A program made the translations under genes and the position numbers. A DNA stretch of 64,000 nucleotides from an uncultured Acidobacteriota bacterium (lineage in GTDB: Bacteria > Acidobacteriota > JAQAZP01): positions 1,024,001-1,088,000 of the forward strand of contig CAWIIB010000001.1 of assembly GCA_963836075.1 (NCBI GenBank). Direction: 5' to 3'. This document shows, piece by piece, positions 25,362-35,963 of the stretch. Positions within the stretch are counted from its first letter, which is position 1. Each line of letters starts with the position of its first letter. The notes under the pieces were generated by a model that saw only the letters and a program-made list of their open reading frames with translations, had not been told where the DNA came from and did not search any database.

Positions 25362-27992
25362 TCAGGGAACCAGGTTCCCCACTGCCACATTCGCTCCGTA
25401 GCGCACCCGGTCTTCTCCTTCATAGGGCCAGGCGAAGTAATTGATCGAGCTTATCGATTCCAGAGTGCCGCCGTCGTAATTCCAGCCGCGGACGTGGGCC
25501 CCGAACACATTTCCCGGGCCGGCGCCGGTGAGGATCTCGTCGATACCGTCCTGGTCCACGTCTCCGGCCCCCACGTTGACCCCGTATTTCAGGGTGCCAT
25601 AGGCGAAGTAGCTGACTCCGGGGATCGAGGTCAACGTACCGCCGTCGTAGTTCCAGCCACGGACGTGGGGTCCGTACACCGCGCCCGGACCGGGGCCGGT
25701 GATGATCTCGTCGATACCGTCACCGTCGATGTCACCGCAGGCCACGTTGGCGCCCCATTTCGGCGTCCCGTAGGCCATGAAGCTCACCGCGGGTATCGAA
25801 GTGGTCTGGCTGCCGCCGTCGTAGTTCCAGCCGCGCACGTGGGGCCCGAACACCGCGCCCGGCCCGGCGCCGGTGATGATCTCGTCCATACCGTCGCCGT
25901 CGATGTCCCCACAGGCCACGTTGACCCCGTATTTCAGCGTCCCGTAGGCAAAGTAGTTCACCGCGCTGATCGGGTTGTGGCCGTCCTCCTCGTCATATTT
26001 GAAGGCCCGCACCTGGGGCCCGAACATCTGTCCCGGCCCGGGGCCACTCACCGTCTCGGCCACGCCGTCACCGTCGATGTCCCCGCAGGCCACATTGACC
26101 CCGTACTTGTCCACACCGTAGGCATAGACATTGGTCCCCAGCACCAGGTCGCCGTTCAGCTCGTAGGCCCGGATCCGCGGCGGGGCCTCCGGGTCGGGGC
26201 CCGGCCCGCAGACCACCTCGGTGATCCCGTCACCGTCGATATCGCCGGTGGCCACGTTGACCCCGTAGCCGTAGGCGCCGAAGTGGATCCGCTCGGAGAA
26301 CTGCACATCGCTCTCGGCGAGGAAGGTGCGGAAGGTCGGCGGGTTGGTTTCACCGGCTCCGGGGCCCACCACGATAATCGAGGTGTTGGGATCGGCATCC
26401 GGCCAGGCGATGTAGGTGTACCCCTTGGAAGGAAAGTTCATCCCGGGGTTGAGGAACCCGTTGCCCAGGTTGGCCACCACCATCAGCAGCCGCTCGCACT
26501 GGTCCACCTGGTCCACTTCGAACCAGATGGACTGGGTGTCCTGGGGCACGTCGAACCACTCGTAGCTGAAGGCGCCGCCCACCTCGAAGACCTTGATGAT
26601 CCCCAGTTTCCAGACCATGCGGTAGCCGTTGTGCTCCTCATCGCCGGAGAAGAAGATGGTCAGGTCGGTCTCGCTGGTCAGCGCCTCGTCGAAACGGACG
26701 TAGTTGACGCCGAAAAACTGCGGTGCGTTGGGCAGCACGTCCGGGCAGACCGCGGGCAGGGTGGTGTGGCGGTGCTCGGCATCCACCCGCGCCTGGTTGA
26801 ACTCCTGGCCGTGGGTGTAGTGGGCACCGTCGTAAAGCCACTGGCCGCAGAAATAGCGCCACTCCGACAGCTCCATGATCAGATCGTAGATCGTCCAGGC
26901 GCCGCCACCCGGAGCGCCGCCGGGGTCGTAGATGTCGGCGAAGTGCGGCAGGGCGTCGAAGGTGTTGTGATCGTCGCTGCCCGGTTCGTCGCGCATCCAG
27001 TCCCAGACCTCACGGATCACCGTGGAGTCCCACTGGTCCACCCGCTCACAGAAAAACTCGGGCCACATGAAACCGCCATACTGGTACAGACCGATATCAT
27101 CGTTGTCGAACCCGCAGACCGGGCGCCAGGGATCCACCTGGTACCACATGGAGTAACTCCAGGCATCGTCGTCCCACTCGGGGTAGACATGCGGCTCGAC
27201 CCAGACGGCGGTGTTTTCGTAAAACGAGGCGATGGTCTCGTAGGCCATGGCCATCTGGCAGGCGTGGTTGAACTCGTGGCTGCCGGTGGTCTGGACCTCG
27301 TTGTCGGCGGTGAGGCCGCGGCTGTGCACAATGTGCGACGTGCGGTCGTTCCACCAGGTGGAATCCACCTGGGATTCGGGAGACGTATAGCCCAGGACAC
27401 CCGGAGAGGTGCCGCTGAGATAGACGTCATAGTCGTCGCTTCCCTCTACGCCCATGTCTCCGGGCGGCTCGAAGAACCCCATCTGGCCGCACTCCACCTG
27501 CCAGCTGTGTTCATAGGCCTCGAGGGTCTTCTGCGCCCGTGTTTCCTGGCTGGTTTCCTCGTAGTGCACCCGCAGGGGGATTACCGAGGACTGCAGGGTG
27601 TATGAAAAGGACGGCCGGGCCCCGATGGACTTCAGGTCGGGCAGGCCGGCCTTGTCGCCCAGCCACTTGCGGTCGGCCTCGCTCAGCAGGTGGTAGTTGT
27701 CCACGATCTCCTTGATCACCGGTGTGGCGCAGCCCACCGGCACGTCAAAGTGCGCTTTCAACCGGGCTGGGAGAAGGTCCCACTTCTTGAACCAGAGGAT
27801 TTTCAGCCTCAACGACGCGCTGTAGTCGATCTCGCCGTCATCGTGCATTTTGGCGATCAGCTGTGGAACATTCAGCCGGTGCTCCGCCGGCGGTTCCGGC
27901 ACGGCCGGCGCGGCCTGGAGCAGGTGCGGGCCGAGGCATGAAACGGCCAGCACGATACAGAGGATCCATCCCTGCAGATTTCTCTTCATCAC
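25362..27992 (-). CDS. Secreted zinc metalloprotease-like protein (HEFNH) with C-terminal FG-GAP repeats
   Basis: Signal peptide; SHEFNHACQ...FYENTAVWVE gluzincin-like motif; five GD(I/V)DxDG..E repeats. Confidence 0.8.
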   Translation of the reverse strand: MMKRNLQGWILCIVLAVSCLGPHLLQAAPAVPEPPAEHRLNVPQLIAKMHDDGEIDYSASLRLKILWFKKWDLLPARLKAHFDVPVGCATPVIKEIVDNYHLLSEADRKWLGDKAGLPDLKSIGARPSFSYTLQSSVIPLRVHYEETSQETRAQKTLEAYEHSWQVECGQMGFFEPPGDMGVEGSDDYDVYLSGTSPGVLGYTSPESQVDSTWWNDRTSHIVHSRGLTADNEVQTTGSHEFNHACQMAMAYETIASFYENTAVWVEPHVYPEWDDDAWSYSMWYQVDPWRPVCGFDNDDIGLYQYGGFMWPEFFCERVDQWDSTVIREVWDWMRDEPGSDDHNTFDALPHFADIYDPGGAPGGGAWTIYDLIMELSEWRYFCGQWLYDGAHYTHGQEFNQARVDAEHRHTTLPAVCPDVLPNAPQFFGVNYVRFDEALTSETDLTIFFSGDEEHNGYRMVWKLGIIKVFEVGGAFSYEWFDVPQDTQSIWFEVDQVDQCERLLMVVANLGNGFLNPGMNFPSKGYTYIAWPDADPNTSIIVVGPGAGETNPPTFRTFLAESDVQFSERIHFGAYGYGVNVATGDIDGDGITEVVCGPGPDPEAPPRIRAYELNGDLVLGTNVYAYGVDKYGVNVACGDIDGDGVAETVSGPGPGQMFGPQVRAFKYDEEDGHNPISAVNYFAYGTLKYGVNVACGDIDGDGMDEIITGAGPGAVFGPHVRGWNYDGGSQTTSIPAVSFMAYGTPKWGANVACGDIDGDGIDEIITGPGPGAVYGPHVRGWNYDGGTLTSIPGVSYFAYGTLKYGVNVGAGDVDQDGIDEILTGAGPGNVFGAHVRGWNYDGGTLESISSINYFAWPYEGEDRVRYGANVAVGNLVP
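25380..26290 (-). repeat. FG-GAP-type coding repeats (about 60 aa units)
   Basis: Repeated YGVNVACGDIDGDG.DEIITG.GPG.VFGPHVRGWNYDG. Confidence 0.85.
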
Positions 27993-28127
27993 TTTCTCCT
28001 GTTCAGTTTATTTTGGCAGGCGGGCTCAATTACCGTCACATGAAATTAAATTTTAGCACATCACACAATCAAAACAATAGAATGTTTGCCGCTGTGCGCC
28101 ACGGCCGGATCAGAACCGGAACGGGTA

Positions 28128-29654
28128 TCAACCGTCCTTGCGCTGCTGGCGTTCCTCCCGGCGGTCCAGCCGTTCCAGGCGGTAGACCGCCACCTGCCAA
28201 TGGCCCGATTCGTCCCGCGATTCGGCCTGGCGGTAGTAGTTCCTGGCGGCGTCGAAGTCGGAGGCGTCGGCCTCGATGTCCCCCAGGCGGATCAGGCTCC
28301 AGGCGGCCTGGCCGTTGCGCACCGCTGACCCCAGGCTGAGGTAGTCGCGGAACTGTTCCCGGGCGCTGGCCGCCTCCCCGCGCTGGACAAGCACTTGACC
28401 CAGCAGGTAGGAGAGGAGCCCGCTGTTGCCCTTGATCTCCTTCAGGCGGCGCAACAACTGACCGGCGGAATCCAGGTCGCCGCTGATCCAGTAGCGAAAG
28501 ACCTGGTGCAGGTCGGGGCCGTATCCATCGTCGGCCAGTTTTCCGGGGAGCCTCTTGATCCGCCGCCGGTGGCGGCCGTCCTCGTCCGCCCGTTTCAGCC
28601 GGCGCAGCAGTTCCGAATAGCTCTTCTCGTCGCCGGACAACAGGTAGAGCCGGGCCAGCGAATGAGCGGCCACCGGACGGACCCAGCTGGGACCGCTGCC
28701 GTCCTCCATCACCGTGGTCAGCGCCCGGTAAGCGGAGTCCAGGGCAAAATCTTCCACGTCGGCCTCGGCCCGGATAATCAGAAAGACGTTGCGGTGATAC
28801 TCCAGGTAGGGAGGCACCCCCTGTTGGACCTTCTCATCGGCCTCGTCCAGCAGCAGCCGGGTCTGGTCGAAGGAACCCAGCTTGGCCAGGATCTTGGCGG
28901 TGAGACTGAGGAAAAGCGGGTTTTCGGGATAGTCCCGGCGCAAGGTGCGCAGATGGGTCAGGGCTTCGCGGTGCTGGTTCTCGCCGTTGGAGTAGATGGT
29001 GGCCAACGCCACCCGCGCCATGGTCCCGAAGCGCCGGCTCTGCAGCGCGGCCTTCTCCAGGTATTGCAGTCCCAGTTGGGCATCACCGGGGGGGAAGAAG
29101 AGGATTCGCTGGAGACTGCGCACCAGGGGGGATGAGAGATCGACGTAGTAGAGATAGAGGCCCAGGGAGAAATAGGTGTCGCCGATTTCCGGGCTGGCCA
29201 GCCGCACCTGTTCCAGCATCTTCTTGCCCTCACGGGCATATCGTGCCGCTGAGAGATAGTTGCCCCGGGCCACCTGGACCTGGCTGGCCATGGTGATCAG
29301 GTTGCCCATCAGCGCCTGGTGCTCCGGCGGACAACTCTCCTCCCCGGCGGCGGCGCGGCAGCGGTCGATTCCGCTTTCCACGACGGTGAACAGCTGGTCC
29401 TGGATCGCACCATTGTTGAAGTCCTCGGCCATCAGCCACCAGTACCCCATGGCCAGGTCCGCCTCGTCCTCCAGGCTCCAGCCCGGCTGGTCCCGCCGGG
29501 CCAGGCACTCTTCTATATACTCGCGGGTGAAGCCCCGGTCCAGCAGGTCCCAACGGGCTTCCCGCCGGTCATCAGGCGGACCGGCGGCCCATACTCCCGC
29601 CGCCAGGAGAAAAGCCGTCGTCGCCAGAAGAAGCCGGCCCCACATAGGCACCAT
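28128..29654 (-). CDS. Secreted tetratricopeptide-repeat protein
   Basis: Signal peptide, helical TPR-like repeats (DTYFSLGLY, YPENPL, SYLLGQV, LIRLGDI). Confidence 0.7.
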   Translation of the reverse strand: MVPMWGRLLLATTAFLLAAGVWAAGPPDDRREARWDLLDRGFTREYIEECLARRDQPGWSLEDEADLAMGYWWLMAEDFNNGAIQDQLFTVVESGIDRCRAAAGEESCPPEHQALMGNLITMASQVQVARGNYLSAARYAREGKKMLEQVRLASPEIGDTYFSLGLYLYYVDLSSPLVRSLQRILFFPPGDAQLGLQYLEKAALQSRRFGTMARVALATIYSNGENQHREALTHLRTLRRDYPENPLFLSLTAKILAKLGSFDQTRLLLDEADEKVQQGVPPYLEYHRNVFLIIRAEADVEDFALDSAYRALTTVMEDGSGPSWVRPVAAHSLARLYLLSGDEKSYSELLRRLKRADEDGRHRRRIKRLPGKLADDGYGPDLHQVFRYWISGDLDSAGQLLRRLKEIKGNSGLLSYLLGQVLVQRGEAASAREQFRDYLSLGSAVRNGQAAWSLIRLGDIEADASDFDAARNYYRQAESRDESGHWQVAVYRLERLDRREERQQRKDG

Positions 29655-29875
29655 TCAGTTCCGCTCCTCGGTGGCCCGGCCGCTTGCCGGGGATACAGGG
29701 TGCATGCCGCAGCCTGCGGCGAACCAGGTGATTATACCCGCTCCCCTCCGGGCTCGCCACAAAATGGCGGCAGCATATTGATCCGGTGGCGTTTATGGAG
29801 TACATTTCAATCTTTCCACGACACACCGGAAATCGGCTCCGGCGCACAGAAATCCACTACCGCAGGAAGGACAAC

Positions 29876-32278
29876 ATGGCTGAAGGGCAGGACAAGACGA
29901 CCCGCAAAAAATTCCCGCCGACATACTGGCTGGTGATTCTCTTCGAGTTCTTCGAACGCGGATCCTACTACGGGATGATGAGTATCCTCTCGGTCTATTT
30001 CACCGATGAGCTCTTTTTCCGCAAGGAGAGCGTGGGGATCATCAAAAGCACCATTCAGCCGCTGCTCTATTTTCTGCCGATCATCAGCGGCGCCCTGGCC
30101 GACCGGTTCGGCTACCGCAAGATGCTCACCCTGGCCTTCACCTTCCTCGGTCTGGGCTACTTTCTCACTGCCCGGGTCACCGACTACGGGCTGGTTTTCC
30201 TCGCCCTGGTGGTGATGGGGGTCGGCGCCGGACTGTTCAAACCGATCATTTCCGGCACCATCGCCCGGGTCACCGACGAGTCAAACTCCACCATGGGCTT
30301 CGGTATCTTCTACTGGACCATCAACCTCGGCGCCTTCCTCTTCCCGCTGATCCTGGTGCCCTGGCTCAAGGGCTACGGCTGGCACTGGGTGATCTACGCC
30401 GCGGCCATCGGCACCGGCGCCATGATAATCCCCACCCTGCTCTTCTACCGCGAACCGGCGCGTCAGGAAACCGATGAGGAGCGGAAGAAGCGGGAAAAGA
30501 AGGAAGCCGCCACACCGCTGCTGCCCACCATCATCACCACCGTGGCCAATGCCTTCGAGATCGTCTACAGCCCGCTGGTGCTGATCTTCCACCGCTTCCG
30601 CGCTTCCGCCGCCGGCATGGCCCTGATGATCGCGGTCCTGCTGGGCTTCCTCGGCTACGCCGTCTGGGATTTCAGCGGCACACGCCAGGCCTCGATCCAA
30701 TTGGACCATGCGCTCGTCTCGGACGGCGAACCGCTGGTGGTGCTGCGGATCAACCGGGACCAGTTGCGCGCCGAGGAATATTCCGTCGACCATCAGCAGC
30801 TGTTGTGGCCCGGGGGCCGCTCCCTGATCCTCGAGACCGCGGACGCCGGTCCGGACGCCGAGCCGGGATTCGATCTGCCCCTGCCGGATGACGAAGACCT
30901 GGTGGTGGGGATCAGCGGTTCCCCTGGCAGTGCAGAGCTGCTGGAGGCTTTGCAGCATTTCCAGCTCACCGGGCTCACCGTTGCGGACCTGGACAACGGT
31001 TTGGCGGCGCTGGCCGGCAACCAGGGAAACCTGGTGCAGATCACGGTGTTCAAGCCGAACCGCTACGAGGACTTCAAGGGCCAGTTGCTGGCCGGTCTGA
31101 CGGCCATCCCCGGCCTGGAAGGACTGAACGGTGACACGCTCGACGAGTGGGTGGCTGCCGGTGATAGCCGGCCCACCGTGGCGGTGTCGATCTCCGGAGA
31201 CAGTGACGTGGCCGCCGAGCGGTCGGCCGACGGGAACTACTCGGTGACCCTGGCCGAGTTGCCCGGCAAGGAATGGCCCGACCGCCGTGATCTGCTCTCC
31301 TCACTGCGATCACAGCCCGGGCTGACCATGCTCTCCGCCGACACCGTCGACCGGCTGCTCAATGATGCGGCGTCCCGACCCTTCTTTTATCTCTTCCTCG
31401 GCGCATTGCTGGCCATGGCCACGGTGATCCTCTTCATCGAGGGGTGGTTCAAGAAAACGTCCATGGGCGGAAAGATCGGCGTGCTCATCGCCATCGGCGT
31501 GGTCATGGTAATCGTCTTCTGGGTGCTGCCCGGACTGACCCTCTTTGCCCGAATTCTTTCCACGGTGATCTTTTCCACCGTGTTGTCGCTGTTGATCATC
31601 AAGCAGGACGATCCCCAGCGGTTCCGGGACCATTTCCGCTTCCTGCTGATGATCTTCATCTACTCCGGGTTCTGGGTGCTCTACTTCCAGATGTTCGACT
31701 CGGTGCTCTGGTATATGAAGGCCTATGTCGACGCCACACCGCTGAACAACATGATGAACGCCATGCTCGGCGGCATCGGCATCACCAACTGGCGTTTCGA
31801 CATCGAACATGTGACGGTGATCAACGCCGGCACCATCATCCTGCTCCAGCTGTTCATCTCCAAGGTGGTCAAGAACACCAAGGCCCTGCCGACCATGATC
31901 TTCGGTATATTCCTGGGGACCGTGGGCATGGCCATCCTGGCCATCAACACCAGTATCTGGACCCTCCTTCTTGGTATCGGGATCTTCTCCATCGGTGAGA
32001 TGACCGCCCACCCGAAATTCATCAGCTACATCGGCCTGACCGCCCCGCGGAACAATGTGTCGATGTATATGGGCTATATCTTCCTCTACGGGGTGATCGG
32101 CAGCAGCATCGGCGGTGTGCTGGGGGCCAACCTCTACGTCACCTTTGTGGACGAGCTGAACCGGCCGAAAACCCTCTGGCTGATCTTCAGCATGATCGGC
32201 GTGGCCACCATTGCCGGCCTCTGGCTTTACAACCGGTTCCTGGTGGTGCCCCGGGAGGCCGAGGCGCAGAAAGCCTGA
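29876..32278 (+). CDS. POT/PTR-like MFS peptide transporter with large central insertion
   Basis: FEFFERGSYYG (ExxER), GALADRFG, GLFKP, FYWTINLG and FSIGEM motifs; 800 aa. Confidence 0.85.
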   Translation: MAEGQDKTTRKKFPPTYWLVILFEFFERGSYYGMMSILSVYFTDELFFRKESVGIIKSTIQPLLYFLPIISGALADRFGYRKMLTLAFTFLGLGYFLTARVTDYGLVFLALVVMGVGAGLFKPIISGTIARVTDESNSTMGFGIFYWTINLGAFLFPLILVPWLKGYGWHWVIYAAAIGTGAMIIPTLLFYREPARQETDEERKKREKKEAATPLLPTIITTVANAFEIVYSPLVLIFHRFRASAAGMALMIAVLLGFLGYAVWDFSGTRQASIQLDHALVSDGEPLVVLRINRDQLRAEEYSVDHQQLLWPGGRSLILETADAGPDAEPGFDLPLPDDEDLVVGISGSPGSAELLEALQHFQLTGLTVADLDNGLAALAGNQGNLVQITVFKPNRYEDFKGQLLAGLTAIPGLEGLNGDTLDEWVAAGDSRPTVAVSISGDSDVAAERSADGNYSVTLAELPGKEWPDRRDLLSSLRSQPGLTMLSADTVDRLLNDAASRPFFYLFLGALLAMATVILFIEGWFKKTSMGGKIGVLIAIGVVMVIVFWVLPGLTLFARILSTVIFSTVLSLLIIKQDDPQRFRDHFRFLLMIFIYSGFWVLYFQMFDSVLWYMKAYVDATPLNNMMNAMLGGIGITNWRFDIEHVTVINAGTIILLQLFISKVVKNTKALPTMIFGIFLGTVGMAILAINTSIWTLLLGIGIFSIGEMTAHPKFISYIGLTAPRNNVSMYMGYIFLYGVIGSSIGGVLGANLYVTFVDELNRPKTLWLIFSMIGVATIAGLWLYNRFLVVPREAEAQKA

Positions 32279-32356
32279 CCTGTGACCCGCACCCACCACC
32301 CGCCGGGGTGGTGGGTTTCCATGTTGTCCGCACGTGTACAAAGTGAAACCGGTCAT

Positions 32357-34695
32357 ATGGTCTCCGTCGCCAGATACCTCCTGCTCATCCTGATATTGAT
32401 TTCGCTGGTTCTCCAGGGCGGCTGCTCCAGGGAACCCGGGATCGACCTCGAGCTGGAAGTCACCCGGATCCACCTGATGCAGGGAGGCCCCCTGCTGCTC
32501 AACCTCGAGTACCGGTGGCGGCGGGACGCCGGCTTCACCCTCGACTACCAGAAGCCGATGGTCTACGTCCATTTCCTCAACGAGGAGAAAGAGATCTTCT
32601 TCCAGGACGACCACGTACCACCGGCGGAAGTTCTTTTCGGTGATCGCCACGACCAGACAGTCAGCTACCAGCGGTGCGGTATTCTGCTGACCACCGACCC
32701 CGAACTGTTTGAAAATCTGGACCGGTCACACGTGAGGATCAGGAGCGGGTTCTACGAGAAAACGGAGATGACCAGGAAACATCCGGTCCTCGACACCCGG
32801 ATGAAACCCACTCCCCGGCCATCCGCTCTCCCCACGATCACCGCCCTTGAAGGCACAGCCGCCCGCACCGCGGCCGGCAGCCGCGCGACCTCGCTCCCGC
32901 TGCTGCTGCCGTCCTCCATCATCAGAGGGCCTGCAACCGACGAACCGCTGGCCACCCGGCTGATTTCCCGGGAGCAGCTGTCGCTGATCAGGGATCACCT
33001 GCCGGCACCGGCCGGCGGCGCGGAGCGCCCAGCCCAGCAGCCCGGCCCGCTGGGAATTGAAATGCCGGCCCACACCTCGGCTGAATTCATCCTCCGCCCG
33101 GCCGCCGGCTCGCGCCTGGTCTTCACCCCCCTGGCCCGCTCCCGGACCCTGTTCCGTGTCACGGTTCGCCGGACCGGAGAAGACGGAGAGGTCCTCCTGG
33201 AACGGACGGTTACCGGTGATGAACCGGAATTGTCACTGGCCCTGCCGGGCCCGGGGGATGGCCCGATGAGCCTGCGTCTGGAATGCCGGGGGCCCGATCC
33301 AGGCATCTGGGTCGATGCCCGGGTGGTGGAGCCGGCACCCGCTGTTCCGCCGGACCGGGAACTGGAAGGAAGGCTGGTTGAAATCCGCCGTGCCGCCCGG
33401 GACTGGAACGCCCTGGTGGTCATTCTCGATGCCACACGGGCCGATGCCCTCTCCAGCTACGGGCATTCCCGGCGCACCACTCCCACCCTGGACAGGATCG
33501 CCCGCCAGAGTGTCCAGTTCATCGAAAGCCACTCCTCGGCGTCCTACACCATCTCCTCCACGGCCAGCTTGTTTTCAGGTCTCTATCCCACCACCCACCG
33601 GGTGCTGGACTGGCAGGACCGCCTCTGGGAGGGCTTTCCCGTCCTGGCCGAGGCCCTTTCGGAATCCGGGAAATTCACCGCGGCCATAACCGCAAATCCT
33701 TGTATTTCAGATACCTACGGGATGAGACGCGGGTTCGACCACTTCACCGTGGTACCCCGGGTACGGGATGAGCGGATGGATTCAGCGGCGGTGAACAGTT
33801 GCCTCGAAGAACTGACCCCGCAACTGGCTGGCCCGGCAATCTCCTCGTTCTATCTCTACCTGCACTACCTCGAGCCCCACATGCCCTACGACCCTCCGGA
33901 ACCGATCCGGGAGCTGGTCACACGCCAGTCCAGCGACCCCAGTCTGCCCGCCACCCGGGAGACCATCCGCGATCCCGAACACGCCCGGGGGGAGGAACGG
34001 GAACAGTTGGCGGCTCATTTTCGAGCCCTGTACCACGGAAACCTGACCTACGTGGATTTCCAACTGGCCAAAGCCCTGGCCCGGCTGCGGCGGGAGGGAC
34101 TGCTGGACCGCACCCTGCTGCTGATCACCTCCGATCACGGAGAGGCTTTTCTGGAGCATGACCGGATGCTCCACGGCTCCACCGTCTATCGTGAGGAGAT
34201 CCTCGTCCCGCTGCTCGTGCGTTTTCCGCCGCCACTGGAGAAGCTGTCCGGCCTCAGCCGGCATCCGGTGAATACGGTGGACACCACGGCCTTTCTGCTC
34301 CAGTTGCTGGGCCCACCCGAAAGCCCGCTGGGCCGCTCGATGGAAGGCCGCAGCTACCTCCCCCCCTCCTGGGTGCGGAGAGTCCCACCGCCGGGGACCT
34401 GACCTACCTGGTGGCAGCTCTCACCCAACCCTACAGCTACGGTCTGTTCGACGACACTCACAGCCTTGTGGCGGGTCCGCACGGTGTCGAGCTGTTCAAC
34501 CGCACCACCGATCCGTACGAGTTGTCTCCCCTCCAGGGCAGCGACTCACTGGACCGGGCCTATCTCCTGCAGCAGTTCCTCGCCCACCTGACCACGAATT
34601 CCTGGCGGGATCCGAGCTCCACCGGATCCGGGGATGCCATGGTTGACCAGGCGCTGAAGGACCAACTGGCGGCCCTGGGGTATGTCCAGGACTGA
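32357..34695 (+). CDS. Sulfatase-like hydrolase/transferase with N-terminal extracellular domains (frame break at poly-C near 34360)
   Basis: ILDATRAD, TTPTLD, HYLEPHMPY, TSDHGE; C-terminus ELFNRTTDPYE...LAALGY in a shifted frame. Confidence 0.8.
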
Positions 34696-34699
34696 GTCC

Positions 34700-34729
34700 T
34701 TGACAGAACGGTAATACATTGTAATAATT
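34700..34729 (+). promoter_or_regulatory. Promoter of RHH-znuACB operon with overlapping direct repeat
   Basis: TTGACA-N17-AATAAT; GTAATACATT GTAATAATT direct repeat across the -10. Confidence 0.65.
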
Positions 34730-34780
34730 GAACCATGTAGCGTCTTGGATGGGGAGAAGTTTGTGTGAGGTGGTCGGCCG

Positions 34781-35041
34781 ATGAAACGCAAGAAACCGGA
34801 AGTGATCACCTTCAAGGTGGATGAATCGCTGCTCGAAGCGATGGAGGACATTCCCAACCGCTCCGAATTCATCCGCCATGCCGTGCAGGCAGCCCTCGAA
34901 CACAGTTGCCCGCTCTGCCGCGGCACCGGGGTGCTGACCCCGGAGCAGCACGACCACTGGAGGGCCTTCTCCGCCAGCCACCAGCTCCGGCGGTGCGAAG
35001 AGTGCCGTGAAATGCACCTGGTGTGCGAGAAGGGAAAGTGA
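34781..35041 (+). CDS. CopG/ribbon-helix-helix regulator with Cys/His-rich C-terminus
   Basis: VITFKVDESL...NRSEFIRHAV RHH pattern; CPLC, CEEC and HLVC motifs. Confidence 0.8.
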   Translation: MKRKKPEVITFKVDESLLEAMEDIPNRSEFIRHAVQAALEHSCPLCRGTGVLTPEQHDHWRAFSASHQLRRCEECREMHLVCEKGK

Positions 35042-35961
35042 TGAACCGTCGCCCTGCCCTGCTGTTCTTTCTCCTGTTCACGGTACTGGCCTTCGGCTGC
35101 TCCGCCCCGAAGGAGACCGGCACGGCCCACAGGCCCCGCCCGGGGATATTCGTCAGCATCCCGCCGCAAAAATTCCTCGTGCAGCGCATCGCCGGAGACC
35201 TGGTCACGGTGGACGTCCTGTTGCCGCCCGGCCAGTCGCCGGCCACCTATGAACCGGCCCCCCGGCAGATGAGCCGGTTGTCGGAGTCGGCGCTCTTCTT
35301 CCGGGTGGGCGTGCCGTTCGAGGAGCGGTTGATGAAGAAAATCACCGACACCATGCCGGACCTGGAGGTGGTGGACACCCGGGAGGGAATCGAACTGCGA
35401 CGGATGGAGGGGGGACACGATCACGGCCACGCCCATCACGGCGATCACACTCATCAGCCCGGCAGCCCGGACCCGCACAGCTGGCTCGATCCGCGGCTGG
35501 CCATGATCCAGGCCCGCACGATGCACGATGCGCTGGTGCGGATCCTGCCCGGCAACGCCGACAGCCTGCGGGACGGGCTGGAGCGGCTGACCGCCGACCT
35601 GCAGGAAACCGACCGCCGGGTGGCACTGACTCTGGAGCCGCTGCGCGGCCGCAGCATCTACGTCTTCCACCCGGCTTACGGGTATCTGGCGGATGCCTAC
35701 GGCCTGACCCAGGTGGCGGTGGAACTGGAGGGCAAGGAGCCCAGCGCCAGGCAACTGGCCGACACCATCACCAGGGCCCGGCAGGACGGCGTACACGCCA
35801 TTTTTTACCAGCCGCAGTTTTCCCGGAGCAGCGTCGAGACGCTGTCCCGGGAAATCGGCGGCAACGCCGTTGAACTGGACCCGCTGGCCGAGGGCTACCT
35901 GGAGAACCTCGAGCGAATGGCGGCGGCCATCAGCGACGCACTGGAGGCGGAGGCGAATTAG
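35041..35961 (+). CDS. znuA: Zinc/manganese ABC transporter substrate-binding lipoprotein
   Basis: Lipobox LAFGC, His-rich loop HDHGHAHHGDHTH, DPHSWLDP, HPAYGY. Confidence 0.88.
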   Translation: MNRRPALLFFLLFTVLAFGCSAPKETGTAHRPRPGIFVSIPPQKFLVQRIAGDLVTVDVLLPPGQSPATYEPAPRQMSRLSESALFFRVGVPFEERLMKKITDTMPDLEVVDTREGIELRRMEGGHDHGHAHHGDHTHQPGSPDPHSWLDPRLAMIQARTMHDALVRILPGNADSLRDGLERLTADLQETDRRVALTLEPLRGRSIYVFHPAYGYLADAYGLTQVAVELEGKEPSARQLADTITRARQDGVHAIFYQPQFSRSSVETLSREIGGNAVELDPLAEGYLENLERMAAAISDALEAEAN

Positions 35962-35963
35962 CG

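Noticed and set aside
25380-26290. Regularly spaced DNA repeats resembling a CRISPR array
   Set aside because: Degenerate, in-frame FG-GAP coding repeats; no constant repeat-spacer structure and no cas genes.
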